Positions 39,227-52,442 of a DNA stretch of 64,000 bases are shown piece after piece. A program made the position numbers and the translations under genes. Source of the DNA: Eledone cirrhosa (taxonomy: Eukaryota); assembly GCA_964016885.1 (NCBI GenBank), contig OZ024746.1:70370001-70434000 (forward strand). Direction: 5' to 3'. How positions within the stretch are numbered: position 1 is the first letter of the stretch; each line of letters starts with the position of its first letter. Below the pieces are notes generated by a model, which did not search any database, was not told the origin of the DNA, and saw only the letters and a program-made list of their open reading frames with translations.

Positions 39227-40341
39227 GCATACATACACAAACATACATATACACACATATACATATATATATATATATAAGCACTTTAATACATGAATAC
39301 ACTTACATCTAACTATACACATCAAACATATATATATATTTACTTATTTATATACATTTTCACATATATATACATACTTATGGACGTTTTTAGACACATT
39401 CATTATCGCATATTTGTACCTATTCTCATCAGCATATCTTTTCATTATTAGTATGGTAATTTAAGGTTATTAATATATGTTGAGAAGAGATTGTTTTTAT
39501 ATTTTTCTAACTAGATTAAGGTTTATATAGTTGGGGGATGTCCCTCTTTTATGTAATATTCGGCTTGTAGTGGGAAAAAAGGGTTTTAGTTCTGTGACGG
39601 CAGAATAATGTTCGTTCAATTCTGTTATTCAGCAGTTTCTTCTTGTGTGTGATTATGTAATAAATCTCAAGATTACACAATTTGCAGAAATTTTGGCTCC
39701 TGGAAAAGCTCGATTTAAATCTCGATTGTATAGGCATTCTTACTCAATAAAACACCAGAGCCAAAGAAATGTAACAACTCTAGCAGAAAAAGCTTGGACG
39801 CTCAGGGATAGCGATCAAAAGTTTACCCTAAAATGGGAAAAATTAGCTAAAACCCAAAGCTTTTCCAGGAGCCAAAATTTCTGCAAATTGTGTAATCTTG
39901 AGATTTATTACATAATCACACACAAGAAGAAACTGCTGAATAACAGAATTGAACGAACATTATTCTGCCGTCACAGAACTAAAACCCTTTTTTCCCACTA
40001 CAAGCCGAATATTACATAAAAGAGGGACATCCCCCAACTATATAAACCTTAATCTAGTTAGAAAAATATAAAAACAATCTCTTCTCAACATATATTAATA
40101 ACCTTAAATTACCATACTAATAATGAAAAGATATGCTGATGAGAATAGGTACAAATATGCGATAATGAATGTGTCTAAAAACGTCCATAAGTATGTATAT
40201 ATATGTGAAAATGTATATAAATAAGTAAATATATATATATGTTTGATGTGTATAGTTAGATGTAAGTGTATTCATGTATTAAAGTGCTTATATATATATA
40301 TATATGTATATGTGTGTATATGTATGTTTGTGTATGTATGC

Positions 40342-40379
<38 letters not shown>

Positions 40380-40965
40380 GTATATATGTATGTATATATG
40401 TGTATGTATATATGTGTATATGGATGTGTATGTATGTGTATGTGTGTACACATGGACTAGAGTATGTATGTATATATGTGTGTGTCTATACGTGTGTATA
40501 TAAAGATAAGTTGAGTATGAAAATGTATACACATGAGCGCGTATGTATGTACATGAATACATGTGTGTATATATATGTGTATGCATGTGTATATATATGT
40601 AAGTATGAATATGTGAATTGTGTGTATATGTATTTTGTAGAGGTGTGCAAATATATTTGTGTGTGAATGCGTGGGTGAAAGGATACGTACACTTGAAAGA
40701 AAAATTTAAGCCTGAATGTTAATTAAGTGCAAACACAAAACCAACCACGCATATCTTCACTATCTCTAATCCTTCTATAGATTTAGAAAAATAACCAATA
40801 ATATATTCTATAAAAAATGTCAAAACAACAGATGGGAATCTAATTACTCACTGCCACCAAGAATTCTCACTGCTATCGAAAAACCACTCCTTCAACTATT
40901 CTTCTAACAACTTCACCCCTCCCTCCTAATATTCTCTATAAAAACTAAATAGGTCCTCAGTAATA

Positions 40966-41082
40966 TTATTCTGATGAAATGACAGTAAATAATAACATTG
41001 AAATATTGAATGTCTGCATAACTAAAAGTTTGTAGATAGCTGTTTTAGGTTATGTAACTGTTATAGAAACACGTGTCAATAA
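40966..41082 (+). ncRNA. Type I hammerhead ribozyme motif
   Basis: TTATT CTGATGA A ATGACAGT...ACTGTTAT A GAAA CACGTG TC AATAA; all three stems pair. Confidence 0.87.
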
Positions 41083-41116
41083 ATTCCTTTCAACTAAACT
41101 GTATCCATTCAAATCT

Positions 41117-41169
<53 letters not shown>

Positions 41170-41172
<3 letters not shown>

Positions 41173-42553
41173 TTTGCCATAACATAAACACGTACATAGT
41201 TTCAACTATATACTTAAACATTGTTTATAATTTGGATCTAGCGCTTTCATCCTTCACGGGAATTATCAAGATATAAGGTTAGTCGTTGTTAAAAGAGTAG
41301 TGAAATTGGAAGTTTATCAAAAGAATTGTTTTTTTTTTATTACTGGTAGTACCTGTTGTTTATTTACATTGACTTGTTCACACAAAGAATTGCCAGTCGC
41401 ACCTACATAACTCTCTTTGTAACTGAAACAAACTATACACATTTATATTACACTAGCATTAAAGCCCGGCGTTGCTCGGGGTCAGTAAGTTACCAAAGTT
41501 AGGTTGCACCACCCATTTTATGGCAGCACTTTTTTGTCTGCCAGGCACTGGGTGAATGAATTGCAGACCTGGACTGCCGAAGCAGGAGCTGCACCAGCAG
41601 TGACAATTGTAGTTTCGCCTATGGATATTATTTCTGTGCAAAGAAGTGTTAAAATTTATTGTTTCACAGTACTTGCGCAACACGCGCGTAGACGATGCCA
41701 GCCGAACAACAGAGCTGCGATGGAGTTGTTCTGCGTGGTTGTCTAATGTGTGTGTTCTAAATTTAAGACAGTAGGGAGGGGTGTGATATGGGGGAGAGTT
41801 AGCTGCTGTTTCTAGCAGGTTTAGTGACCTCATAGAGGATATGTGTTTTCTAAATTTAAGACAGTAGGGAGGGGTGTGATATGGGGGAGAGTTAGCTGCT
41901 ATTTCGCGCGTAGACGATGCCAGCCGAACAACAGAGCTGCGATGGAGTTGTTCTGCATGGTTGTCTAATGTGTGTTTTCTAAATTTAAGACAGTAGGGAG
42001 GGGTGTGATATGGGGGAGAGTTAGCTGCTGTTTCTAGCAGGTTTAGTGACCTCATAGAGGATATGTTTTCTAAATTTAAGACAGTAGGGAGGGGTGTGAT
42101 ATGGGGAGAGTTAGCTGCTATTTCGCGCGTAGACGATGCCAGCCGAACAACAGAGCTGCGATGGAGTTGTTCTGCATGGTTGTCTAATGTGTGTTTTCTA
42201 AATTTAAGACAGTAAGGAGGGGTATGATATGGGGGAGAGTTAGCTGCTGTTTCTAGCAGGTTTAGTGACCTCATATGGGGATATGTGTTTTCTAAATTTA
42301 AGACAGTAGGGAGGGGTGTGATATGAGGGAGAGTTAGCTGCTTTTTCTAGCAGGTTTAGTGACCTCATAGAGGATATTATTGTGTATAGTAAATAAACTG
42401 ATACTTCTTTCTTCCACGTTCGTTGAGAGATGTTTTAAAAAAGATTTACCGCTATTTTTTTTTTTTGTTGTTGAATAAATTTATCTGTTGCTTTTGAATA
42501 ATTGTTGTCATTGAAGTAAATAAATGTTTGACCATTCCACACTCAAAAACAAA

Positions 42554-42618
<65 letters not shown>

Positions 42619-43645
42619 TCTCTCCTTCATTTCTTTCTCTCTTCTTTCTTCGGCGTTCCTAAAGGAAGTTTGTAAGTTTAAACGTATATAAGAGAAAGTT
42701 GCAGCATGTATGTAGTTTTATCGAATTTTAAGGGGAGTAGAGAGAGGTTATCAGATTGTATTAGAGGGGTAAAGCGTCATGTATTTAGTTTTATCGATTA
42801 TTTCCGTAATTGTGAGTGCGTTTGAAATAAATAAATAGTCGTTGACCTAAGTTAGACCATTTACAACATTCTTACAGACTTTGAGTTGAATCGGTTTGAA
42901 ATTGTGCAAATGTATAAAATTGAAACATACACACAGACACAAAAATCCGCCTTTTATAGATAATGATACACACTCATATCTGATTTTAAAATGTTATCTC
43001 GGTACCAGTTTTTAAATATCTCTCACATCCACTACAACTACAATTTTCGAGAGAAATTTTGCCCTGATGAGATGAATTTTCATTCTTTGTTTGGCGTTTG
43101 TGGTTGATGATTGAGGTTTCTTTCACTAGCTATATATAGGTGAATATTTGCCACCATTAAGGCAACTTGTCAATCTTGCTCCACGACACTAAATTGAAAG
43201 ACCTAGTGAAAGAAACCTCAATCATCAACCACAAACGCCAAACAAAGAATGAAAATTCATCTCATCAGGGCAAAATTTCTCTCGAAAATTGTAGTTGTAG
43301 TGGATGTGAGAGATATTTAAAAACTGGTACCGAGATAAAATTTTAAAATCAGATATGAGTGTGTATGTAATATAAATGTGTATAGTTTGTTTCAGTTACA
43401 AAGAGAGTTATGTAGGTCAGACTGGCAATTATTTGTGTGAACAAGTCAATGTAAATAAACAACAGGTACTACCAGTAATAAAAAAAAAACAATTCTTTTG
43501 ATAAACTTCCAATTTCACTACTCTTTTAACAACGACTAACCTTATATCTTGATAATTCCCGTGAAGGATGAAAGCGTTAGATCCAAATTATAAACAATGT
43601 TTAAGTATATAGTTGAAACTATGTACGTGATTATGTTATGGCAAA

Positions 43646-43650
<5 letters not shown>
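41170..43650. mobile_element. ORF-less fold-back element (left arm 41170-41452 + 42967-43129; right arm 43203-43650) between (TA)n tracts
   Basis: ~445-bp inverted arms; left arm split by a Helitron. Confidence 0.8.
41453..42966 (-). mobile_element. Non-autonomous Helitron with internal composite tandem repeat (~41683-42376)
   Basis: Minus strand 5'-TCATTATCTATAAAAGG...CCCGAGCAACGCCGGG(hairpin)CTTTAATGCTAG-3'; inserted at A|T with no TSD. Confidence 0.9.
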
Positions 43651-43689
<39 letters not shown>

Positions 43690-43740
43690 TAGAAATTGAT
43701 TGACATATATGTATATATATAAAATAAAGATATGAAACAA

Positions 43741-43840
<100 letters not shown>

Positions 43841-43998
43841 TAAAATAACAGATTAAAGTTTAAGCAAAGAATCGCTGCTTTCACCCTTAACGGGATCTTC
43901 TGAAACTAACAAAGTCAATCTGTAAACGCAGAAGTGGATATTTCAAAAAACGTTGCAACCAGAGGAAGACAGGAAGACGATACTTTGGTTCGTGGAAA

Positions 43999-44256
43999 CG
44001 TTCGCTGGCAAAGAACGGGAAAAAACGAATAAGATACGTCATTAATAGGAGCGGTGAAAAACAATTACGCGCAAAGACAGAACCACGTTTATGGTATAAT
44101 AGAGGTCGTAGACTAATGTTCTCTTAGGTAGTTCATAGAGACGTACTCTGGCAATGAACGAAAAAAACGAAGATAATACGTCATATGTGGAGCGTGGAGA
44201 ACAATAGCACACAAAGACAAAACCACGTAAATGGTATAGCAGAAGTCGTAGACTAA
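43999..44256. repeat. Diverged tandem duplication, ~143-bp period
   Basis: CTGGCAA.GAACG.AAAAAACGAA...GTCGTAGACTAA twice. Confidence 0.75.
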
Positions 44257-44889
44257 AATTCTAACTAGGAGACCGAATGAATTTTTGGATGGCCGTTGAC
44301 TCTTATGAGTTCTTCCGCCCTTTGTCAGGTTTTGCTTTTTTGTCCTGCAGGGTGTCCAAAATCACCCTCCTCACCAAGTAAACTTGGTGGGATTGCCGGT
44401 TTAGTCGCCGACGACCCGACCATGCGCCAGGTTGTTACCACCAGCACTCAAGAGCAATCTGACATACATACATACATCGAACTTTTATTTGTGTTATCTT
44501 TGATAATTAAGTTTAATTCCAATGCACTCTTTAGATATCTTATCTGCCATCTATTGTTGGCTTCTATTCAAAATATGAAACCTTTACTCTCTATTTAACA
44601 TCCAATGTATGTTTTCTTTGTCGTTAACACTGGTGATATCGATAACTTTCACTTCTTGACCTCACATCTCCTTATCAAAGTTTTTTAATTTCGAAATGTG
44701 AAGGCTCCTAGCTTATAGGTTAGGGTTTTCAGCTCGTAATCGTAAGGTTGTGAATTCGATTCCTGCAGTACGTTGTGACCTTGAGCAAAAGACTTTATTT
44801 CACGTTCCTTCAGTCAACACAGCTAGAAAAGATGAGTTGTGCCTGTAAATAAAAAAAACCGGTCTTGGCACACTCGGTGTCACGCTGAA

Positions 44890-46882
44890 TCTTAACTATA
44901 ATAAAGAAAGGAGTGCGGGACTGCATCCGGAATATAATTTTTTTATCCCGTTTAGAAAATAAGTTGGATTACTTTGAATAAATAATGAATGAATATTACA
45001 TTATTTATCTGCTAAATTTCGTAGCTTTTGGTTAAATATATCTTATTGCTTATTTAAAGATTCACTTCTTTAAAATGTTCAAATGTCAACACTTCCGATT
45101 AGCGATCGCTTAAATAAACATTCATATATTCCTGTCACTAATATTCTCCTAATGCAGTTTATTTTAAATTAATGTTTTTCCTTCGCAATTTGTAAATCTT
45201 TAACTAATTGGTACGCGATGGGGCCCACCCACAGCGCCGGCGGACAGAATGGAGAAGGCGTTTCCCCGAAGGACGGCAAGGGAGACGCGCTGGAAAAGCC
45301 ACTCCAACTCGCGGGGCTCACACCTGCGACTGGCCAGCTCAGCGCCTATGGTGGTGAGTAAGGAGGTAGCCCTGGGGCCGAGGACACCAGAAGTCTCCAC
45401 TACCAGGAGTACGACCGCAAACCTGTCGGAGAGCGACCGGTACTTGAAGAGTTTGGTCTCCTCAGCCCGACGTGCAGCAGAACCTGGGTCAGTCGCAGAC
45501 TGCACCAGGTTGCGGCTGCAGAAAGTGTCGGTGCAAGTGGCATCCCAGACGAGGGGTTTGCCACCGCGGAACGGGAAGATGGTCATGCCATCTGCCTTTT
45601 GCCGTCCTCTCGATCCAGCCCCACCGGCTCGAGCTGGGAAGGGAAGCCTGCAGCGTCCAAGTCATGCATAATGATCTCGTTGAGGGCAGCATGGCGTGGA
45701 ATTCGGCCGACACTGTGGCGACAGGAAAGCGGGTGGAGGCCGAAAGAGTCCACGGTGGAACCGCAGCGACATTAGTGTGGCTGGCATATCCGGAGGCCGA
45801 GCCTCAGGGAAACGCCGATTCGCGAGCTATGGTTGTCTAGCTTCGTGCCAGTGGAGAAGGAGGGCAGGGCATGGAGCCAGGCACCAGTGTGAGGTTCGGA
45901 GACCGCACGAAAACAAGCAAAGCAGTGCTGGTCGAGCTGGCGCGTGAGCCTGTCTGAGGCCAGGCTGCACTGGATCGCATCCCAAGTGCGTTGGGGGGAC
46001 TTGACATCAACAAGGGGAGAAGGGGGAGGGTCGTCTACTGGGCTAAGTTCCAGCCGGTCCCACGTCTCACAGGCGGCCTCACGTTCTCTGAACACAGAGG
46101 GTTTTGTTGTGTTTTGAAGAACCCTGCTGACGAGGACGCGGCACGTGGTTACCGACGAAAGATACGCCGGCAAAGCTAGTGAGATCGGGGACCGGAGGCC
46201 AAGGCCACCATATCTGATAGGTAAAGTGGCCTGTTGCCACCCTATGTCGTCAAACTTGACGTTGCTTATCCCCTCGGCTGCTGCTCGGATACAAGTATCG
46301 AGGTCAGCGAGGAGAGATGTCTGGGTGTAGCATGGAGCGCTGCGGAGTGTATAGAGGAGCTTCGGCATGGCGAAGCAGTTCCTCAGCAGAAAGAGAGCTG
46401 GGTGGCCGTCAATCAAGCCCAGTCGGCTTGTGAGAGTCTGGAGCTGTTGAATCCTGGACCTGATGGTGGAGCGGATGGCCGGCGGATGTATCGGTGACCC
46501 GAGGATGAGGATATCCTCTTTGGAGGTCACCTGAACCTGGCAGAGAATGGACTGCACGTCCAAGACGGAGGCTGCAAAGCTCGCAGCATCGAGGCTGACG
46601 TTCACCTCCTCCGACTTAGTCGAGTCGACCTGGAGGCCGATTCCCGCCAGGGCAGGAACCACCGATTGAAGGTCATGGCAGACCGTTTTTTAATGTATCA
46701 TAGATTACGTTACTGATTACATAAGACAATGTAACGCACTCTTCGTTCAATTTCTGTGTATATTGTAAATTACGATTTTATTTGATGTATCATATCTACA
46801 TGCATATATAATTGCGTATAATATCAATATGCACACTACACATGCTAGCAGAAAACCACCCCTCGGGTGGTTTTTCTGCTGG
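44890..46882 (+). mobile_element. Non-autonomous Helitron inserted in a SINE and interrupted by a CRE element
   Basis: 5' A|TCTTAACTATAATAAAG; 3' hairpin CAGAAAACCACC..GGTGGTTTTTCTG then CTGG|T; joined flanks GCTGAA|TGTCCCTAAAAATTA resemble the SINE at ~12370. Confidence 0.7.
45197..46687 (-). mobile_element. 5'-truncated CRE-like non-LTR retrotransposon (RT thumb + RLE)
   Basis: LLRNCFAMPKLLYTLR, QATLPIRYGGLGL, GAWLHALP, LRLGL; GKPLVWDATCTD, ETSGVLG, QRVSLAVLRGNA. Confidence 0.88.
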
Positions 46883-46895
46883 TGTCCCTAAAAAT

Positions 46896-46927
<32 letters not shown>

Positions 46928-46929
46928 GG

Positions 46930-47767
46930 TGTGTAAAAAGAGCTTTGAATCCAGTCGCATGGAGAAATTGTGTGTTGACCGAACAAAGACGAAGCAATGG
47001 GCCTTGATACCTGCAAGACTCTCCATAAACTCTTGTTCTTGTGACCTATGTGGTTGCTAGACATCCCGTATAAAGCCGCAGTGTCTAGCAACCACCGTTG
47101 CTCGTTTGTTCAACACTGACAAAGGAACGCTGTACACGGGATGTTTGTTTACAAACACACCGAGCATTATAATAAATGTTTGGTGAATCCATACGTACAT
47201 ATATATATATGTGTGCATGTATGTATATATATATATACATACTACTGTACGTCTGTATACATATATGTATGTACGTATAGATACTAATATTTAAGTAACA
47301 GCCGTACTAAGAGTGGGAAATGCAATTTCGTTTCATTTTTTCCGTTTATCGTTTTCGGTGCACCCGGCCGATTAACCCACTCGATATGCAAATTGGGCAA
47401 CTCAGCCGTTAATATGCATAAGGAAAATATATACTTTCGGACGTTCAACAATCTGGCAGGAAGGTATACGTTGCTGACGACAGCTAACAAGCTTGAAACT
47501 AGTACAGCGTTCCTTTGTCAGTGTTGAACAAACGAGCAACGATGGTTGCTAGACACTGCGGCTTTATACGGGATATTTGTTTACAAACACACCGAGCATT
47601 ATAATAAATGTTTGGTGAATCCATACGTACATATATATATGTGTGCATGTATGTATATATACATACTACTGTACGTCTGTATACATATATGTATGTACGT
47701 ATACATACTTATATTTAAGTAAAAGCCGTACTAAGAGTGGGAAATGAAATTTCGTTTCATTTTTTCC

Positions 47768-47771
<4 letters not shown>
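46930..47771. mobile_element. ORF-less PLE-type element with direct (47140-47347 / 47575-47771) and inverted (47065-47135 / 47507-47575) partial repeats
   Basis: Repeats seen directly; microsatellite-flanked; contains a hammerhead motif. Confidence 0.7.
47468..47510 (+). ncRNA. Minimal type I hammerhead ribozyme motif
   Basis: ACGTTG CTGACGA C AGC taacaa GCT T GAAA CTAG TA CAGCGT. Confidence 0.85.
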
Positions 47772-47832
<61 letters not shown>

Positions 47833-47833
<1 letters not shown>

Positions 47834-49111
47834 TATAAAGTATGTCCATAGAATCATTTGATAATATATATACACCATTTCCTCTCCCAATTAGCATAAT
47901 TAACCACACAAAAAAGTCAATTAGACCAGGCTATAAGAGTAAAAGGCACCTATGAAGAAACAGTAAATAAATAAACGATACCAATCTCTTCGCGGCCAAC
48001 CGCCATAGAGTATTTACTCAACATTTCAACAGCACGTGGAAATCAATTAAATATACCGTCAACCATACACAATTAGGTATAAAATTTAAGTTAGAAATGC
48101 TTATATACATACCAGGATTATATCCCTACCCTTGGGTTTCGTTCGCATTTTGATATATCATATTAAGGATAAAATCTTGAGCTTCGAACTCGTCAGGAGA
48201 CAAACTCATTAGGACAGATTATCTTCTAAAGAGGTCCCCCGCCAGACACAAATTCAAAATGGCTAAGCATCGTGACGTGGCAGTGGTCAAGTCAGAAAGA
48301 ATGTGATTGGTTGCTTACGGCGAGTGGGTTGGTTGCTAGAAAGCGCAGCCCAATTAATTCTTCATTGAGCCACATCGTGAATGGTTGCCAAAACACATAT
48401 ATATCTGTGATTTTGTTTAGTTTGTATATGTAAATTTTTATATTTAATAATCTCCCATAAGGTTGAGATGCAATTTGGGCAATATTGGGCTGCGCTTTCT
48501 AGCAACCAACCCACTCGCCGTAAGCAACCAATCACATTCTTTCTGACTTGACCACTGCCACGTCACGATTCTTAGCCATTTTGAATTTGTGTTTGGCGGG
48601 GGATCACTTTAGAAGATAATCTGTCCTAACGAGTTTGTCTCCTGGCGAGTTCGAAGCTCAAGATTTTATCCTTAATAGGATATATCAAAATGCGAACGAA
48701 CCCAAGAGTAGGGATATAATCCTGGTATGTATATAAGCATTTCTAACTTTAATTGTATGCCTAATTGTGTATGGTTGACCGTATATTTAATTGATTTCCA
48801 TGTGCTGTTGAAATGTTGAGTAAATACTCTATGGCGGTTGGCCACGAAGAGATTGGTATCGTTTATTTATTTACTATTTCTTCATAGGTGCCTTTTAATC
48901 TTATAGCCTGGTGTAATTGATTTTTTGTGTGGTTAATTATGTTAAATGGGTGAGGAAATGGTGTATATATATTATCAAATGATTCTATGGACATACTTTA
49001 TAGTATATTGCTCTGATTATTTAATTTATTAATTCTTCATTGAGCCACATCGTGAATGGTTGCCAAAACACATATATATCTGTGACTTTGTTTAGTTTGT
49101 ATATGTAAATC

Positions 49112-49120
<9 letters not shown>
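47833..49120. mobile_element. ORF-less fold-back element (arms 47833-48353 / 48484-49004; 48353-48445 repeated at 49027-49120) in (TA)n
   Basis: Inverted and direct repeats seen directly; related to 60607-61490. Confidence 0.82.
48121..48202 (-). ncRNA. Type I hammerhead ribozyme motif
   Basis: TGTCTC CTGACGA GTTCG...CGAAC GAAA CCCAAGGG TA GGGATA; plus-strand copy 48636-48716 has core mutations (CTGGCGA, GAAC). Confidence 0.82.
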
Positions 49121-49188
<68 letters not shown>

Positions 49189-49300
49189 AATGTAGATCCA
49201 TTTTATGTAGATCCCGGGTTAAATCGGGGATAACCACAGTAAGTAAGGTATTCAATACATAGCAGAGTAAAAGTAATTTAATATAGAAATGGCTTCTACA

Positions 49301-49340
49301 GGACTAGAACTGTTTCATTCGGAGGAAATCATCAGAAAGC
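49301..49340 (-). ncRNA. Candidate minimal hammerhead motif
   Basis: GCTTT CTGATGA TTTCCTCCGAAT GAAA CAGT TC TAGTCC; stem I imperfect. Confidence 0.5.
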
Positions 49341-49708
49341 TGATTGTCAATGTAAATTTCTGGTATTTATACATTTTGTAATGGTAAGGGAAGGGTAGAG
49401 GTAAGGGGGGTGGTAGAGGTCATGGTGGGATTAAAGGATGAGGATTCTTAGAAAAAACAAAATTTATTTAGAGAAAGAAGTTTAGTGGCAAGTTGCAATT
49501 GAAAAAGACATTTCCTTATTCTATAGTACAATTTTGAACAAAGGTATATCAAGTAGTTGACGAACATCTGTGGAAATGCTAGGTTAGTACAAGGTCACAA
49601 GCACGCACGCCAACAACACACACGCGACCACGCGTGCACACACACACACACACTCACATAAATATATATATACATATACATATATACAGACACACATACA
49701 CACATGTG

Positions 49709-49740
<32 letters not shown>

Positions 49741-49827
49741 TACTCACACACACAATACATATACACATACATATATACATATACACAGACACACACACAT
49801 CATATATATATATATACATACACACAC

Positions 49828-49937
<110 letters not shown>

Positions 49938-50168
49938 ATTAAAATACTGGAGCGTGTTGGAGTTAAACACCCTCTTCGTATTATAGAAATGACAGTAAAA
50001 GGTATAGCTCAATGTAATTAAACAGAGCCGAAGAATTATGAAAGTAAAACAAAGAAGCCTTCAATACATCAAAAGTCTTTATTAGCCAACAATGTTTAGC
50101 TCTAGGTTTTTTTTACTTTGGACTATATTTGTAATGGTTCTAAATGTTATACACCTCCTTAGTTGAAA

Positions 50169-50948
50169 TTATTATAAATGTAAGCTATCGCCGTATTTTG
50201 ACTAAAGAAATTAATACGTCAAAATACGGCGATAGCTTAGATTTATAATAATAATATATATATATAGCTCTGGTTCATCTGAATCATTGAGCACTTGCCG
50301 CACATCTCGGAGATTGTTTTTCGTTATTTCGTGGGCCGAAATGCGAATCTCATAATTTATGTTTGTATTATTCTCCAGACTCTAGCTATTGACCAGTTAA
50401 TTTTCTTGATTTTATAGTTGATTCTATTGACTGATGAATAGCTTATGTTAATTTTAACCCTTCTGTTGAGAACTCTATTCGATTTGTGATGTTTTTGCAT
50501 TCTTGCAAAAATATACACAAACTGAATTCATTCGCCTGATATAGGGGTTGCCTCCCTTGCCGATCCCCACGTGGGGTCAGCAATAGTCAGTCCTTGTATT
50601 AACATTGAACTAAAACCTGTTGAGAAAGTGGCTTCCTTGTTCAATCATCTTACCAGAAGCCTAACATTATTTATGTAAGCGGACGGTACTTGATTTAGGA
50701 GCCGCAAAAACCCATATACTGGATTTTACCAACCTTCCAGGAGACCGGGTAAATTTTCAATACCCGAATTACTTGATCGTTTTTTTTTGGCTATGCGAAT
50801 CATTGTTTAACCATCGTCTCAGTGTGTTTGGCCATCGACGTTTGTTATAGCTCTGGTTCATCTGAATCATTGAGCACTTGCCGCACATCTCGGAGGTTGT
50901 TTTTCGTTATTTCGTGGGCCGAAATGCAAATCTCGATAATTTATGTTT

Positions 50949-50953
<5 letters not shown>
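50169..50953. repeat. Hairpin 50169-50251 plus element with ~104-bp direct repeats (50264-50367 / 50847-50950)
   Basis: Direct inspection; bounded by (TA)n. Confidence 0.7.
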
Positions 50954-51020
<67 letters not shown>

Positions 51021-51108
51021 ATATACATATATACATATACATACATATACATATATATATATATATATACATTTACACACACACACACATACACACATAT
51101 ACACATAT

Positions 51109-51189
<81 letters not shown>

Positions 51190-51310
51190 TATATACATAT
51201 ATACACACATATATACATACATATACATACATACTCACATATATACACACGTACACATATATACTCATATACACATATATATATATATACATATATACAC
51301 ACATATACAC

Positions 51311-51373
<63 letters not shown>

Positions 51374-51557
51374 CACATATACATACATATACACACACAT
51401 ATACACATATACACACACACATACATATACACATATACATACATACACATACATATACACACACACACACACACACACATACACACATATATATATACAT
51501 ACATACATATACACACATACACACATACACATATATACGTATATATATATATATATA
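50953..51557. repeat. (TA)n/(CA)n compound microsatellite
   Basis: Direct inspection. Confidence 0.95.
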
Positions 51558-52076
51558 GTTAAAAGAATAGAGGTGTAACACACAAGTTATTATATATTGG
51601 TAAACGGAATAGAAAATGCTGACAAATTGTTCACAGTTGAAAAATGGTTTAATTAGGAATAAAAGAGTATTAGTGATTGTATGGGTTAGTATTCAGTTGT
51701 GGTTTTAAGTTTTTAAGTTTTTACCGGTTGCGCATTTCTAAATGCTTTTCAAAAATAATTTTGAGATAGAGTGTCCGTGCTGTTTGCTCTGATCTGATTA
51801 GTTTTGGGAATTCTACCTGTTTTTATGTTAAAAAAATGGCTCCAGCGTTATTTTTGTGTTGCAAAAATGCTTGTGGTCAAAACAATTTTGATTGGTCGGT
51901 AGAGGTCATGTGAATGTAAAAAGTTGATTTTGCGCCAAGACTGTTTTTATGTTAAAATGTTAGAAAAGTGGCTCCAGCAAAAATTATGGTCAAAACAATT
52001 TTGATTGGTCGGTAGAGGTCATGTGGATAAAAAATTGGTTTTGCGCCAAGATTGAGAAATGACTCTTTCACAACAA

Positions 52077-52128
<52 letters not shown>

Positions 52129-52200
52129 TAGTAGTAGTAGTAAGGTGTTCGATGCTGCGACAATAGCCACCAGCGATGTGTGTCAAATGGCTATTAAGAT

Positions 52201-52272
<72 letters not shown>

Positions 52273-52403
52273 ACATACACACAGCAGAGTCATTCGAAGG
52301 TCAAAAGATATTTTTCAGCTTTTGTCTTATACGGAGAAGTGCGTGTGTGTGTGTGTGTATAAGTCTCTTTGTATGTTGATGTACGCGTGTGTATGTGTTT
52401 GTG

Positions 52404-52442
<39 letters not shown>

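Larger units (their letters stand above)
38446..41122 (+). mobile_element. Severely 5'-truncated PLE forming a 2.7-kb palindrome (arms 38446-39710 and 39858-41122)
   Basis: Mirror-symmetric ORFs about 39784; GIY-YIG C-terminus RFKSRLYRH...CKLCNLE...CRH at 39711-40019. Confidence 0.93.

Noticed and set aside
41459-42274. 271-aa repetitive ORF
   Set aside because: Read-through of a tandem repeat inside a non-autonomous Helitron
43059-43170. TTGCC CTGATGA ... GGCAA possible hammerhead
   Set aside because: No GAAA/stem III in the right position could be assembled; probably truncated at the fold-back junction
51614-51655. CTGACAA...GAAA possible hammerhead
   Set aside because: Core mismatch, poor stem I, and antisense to the PLE 3' region
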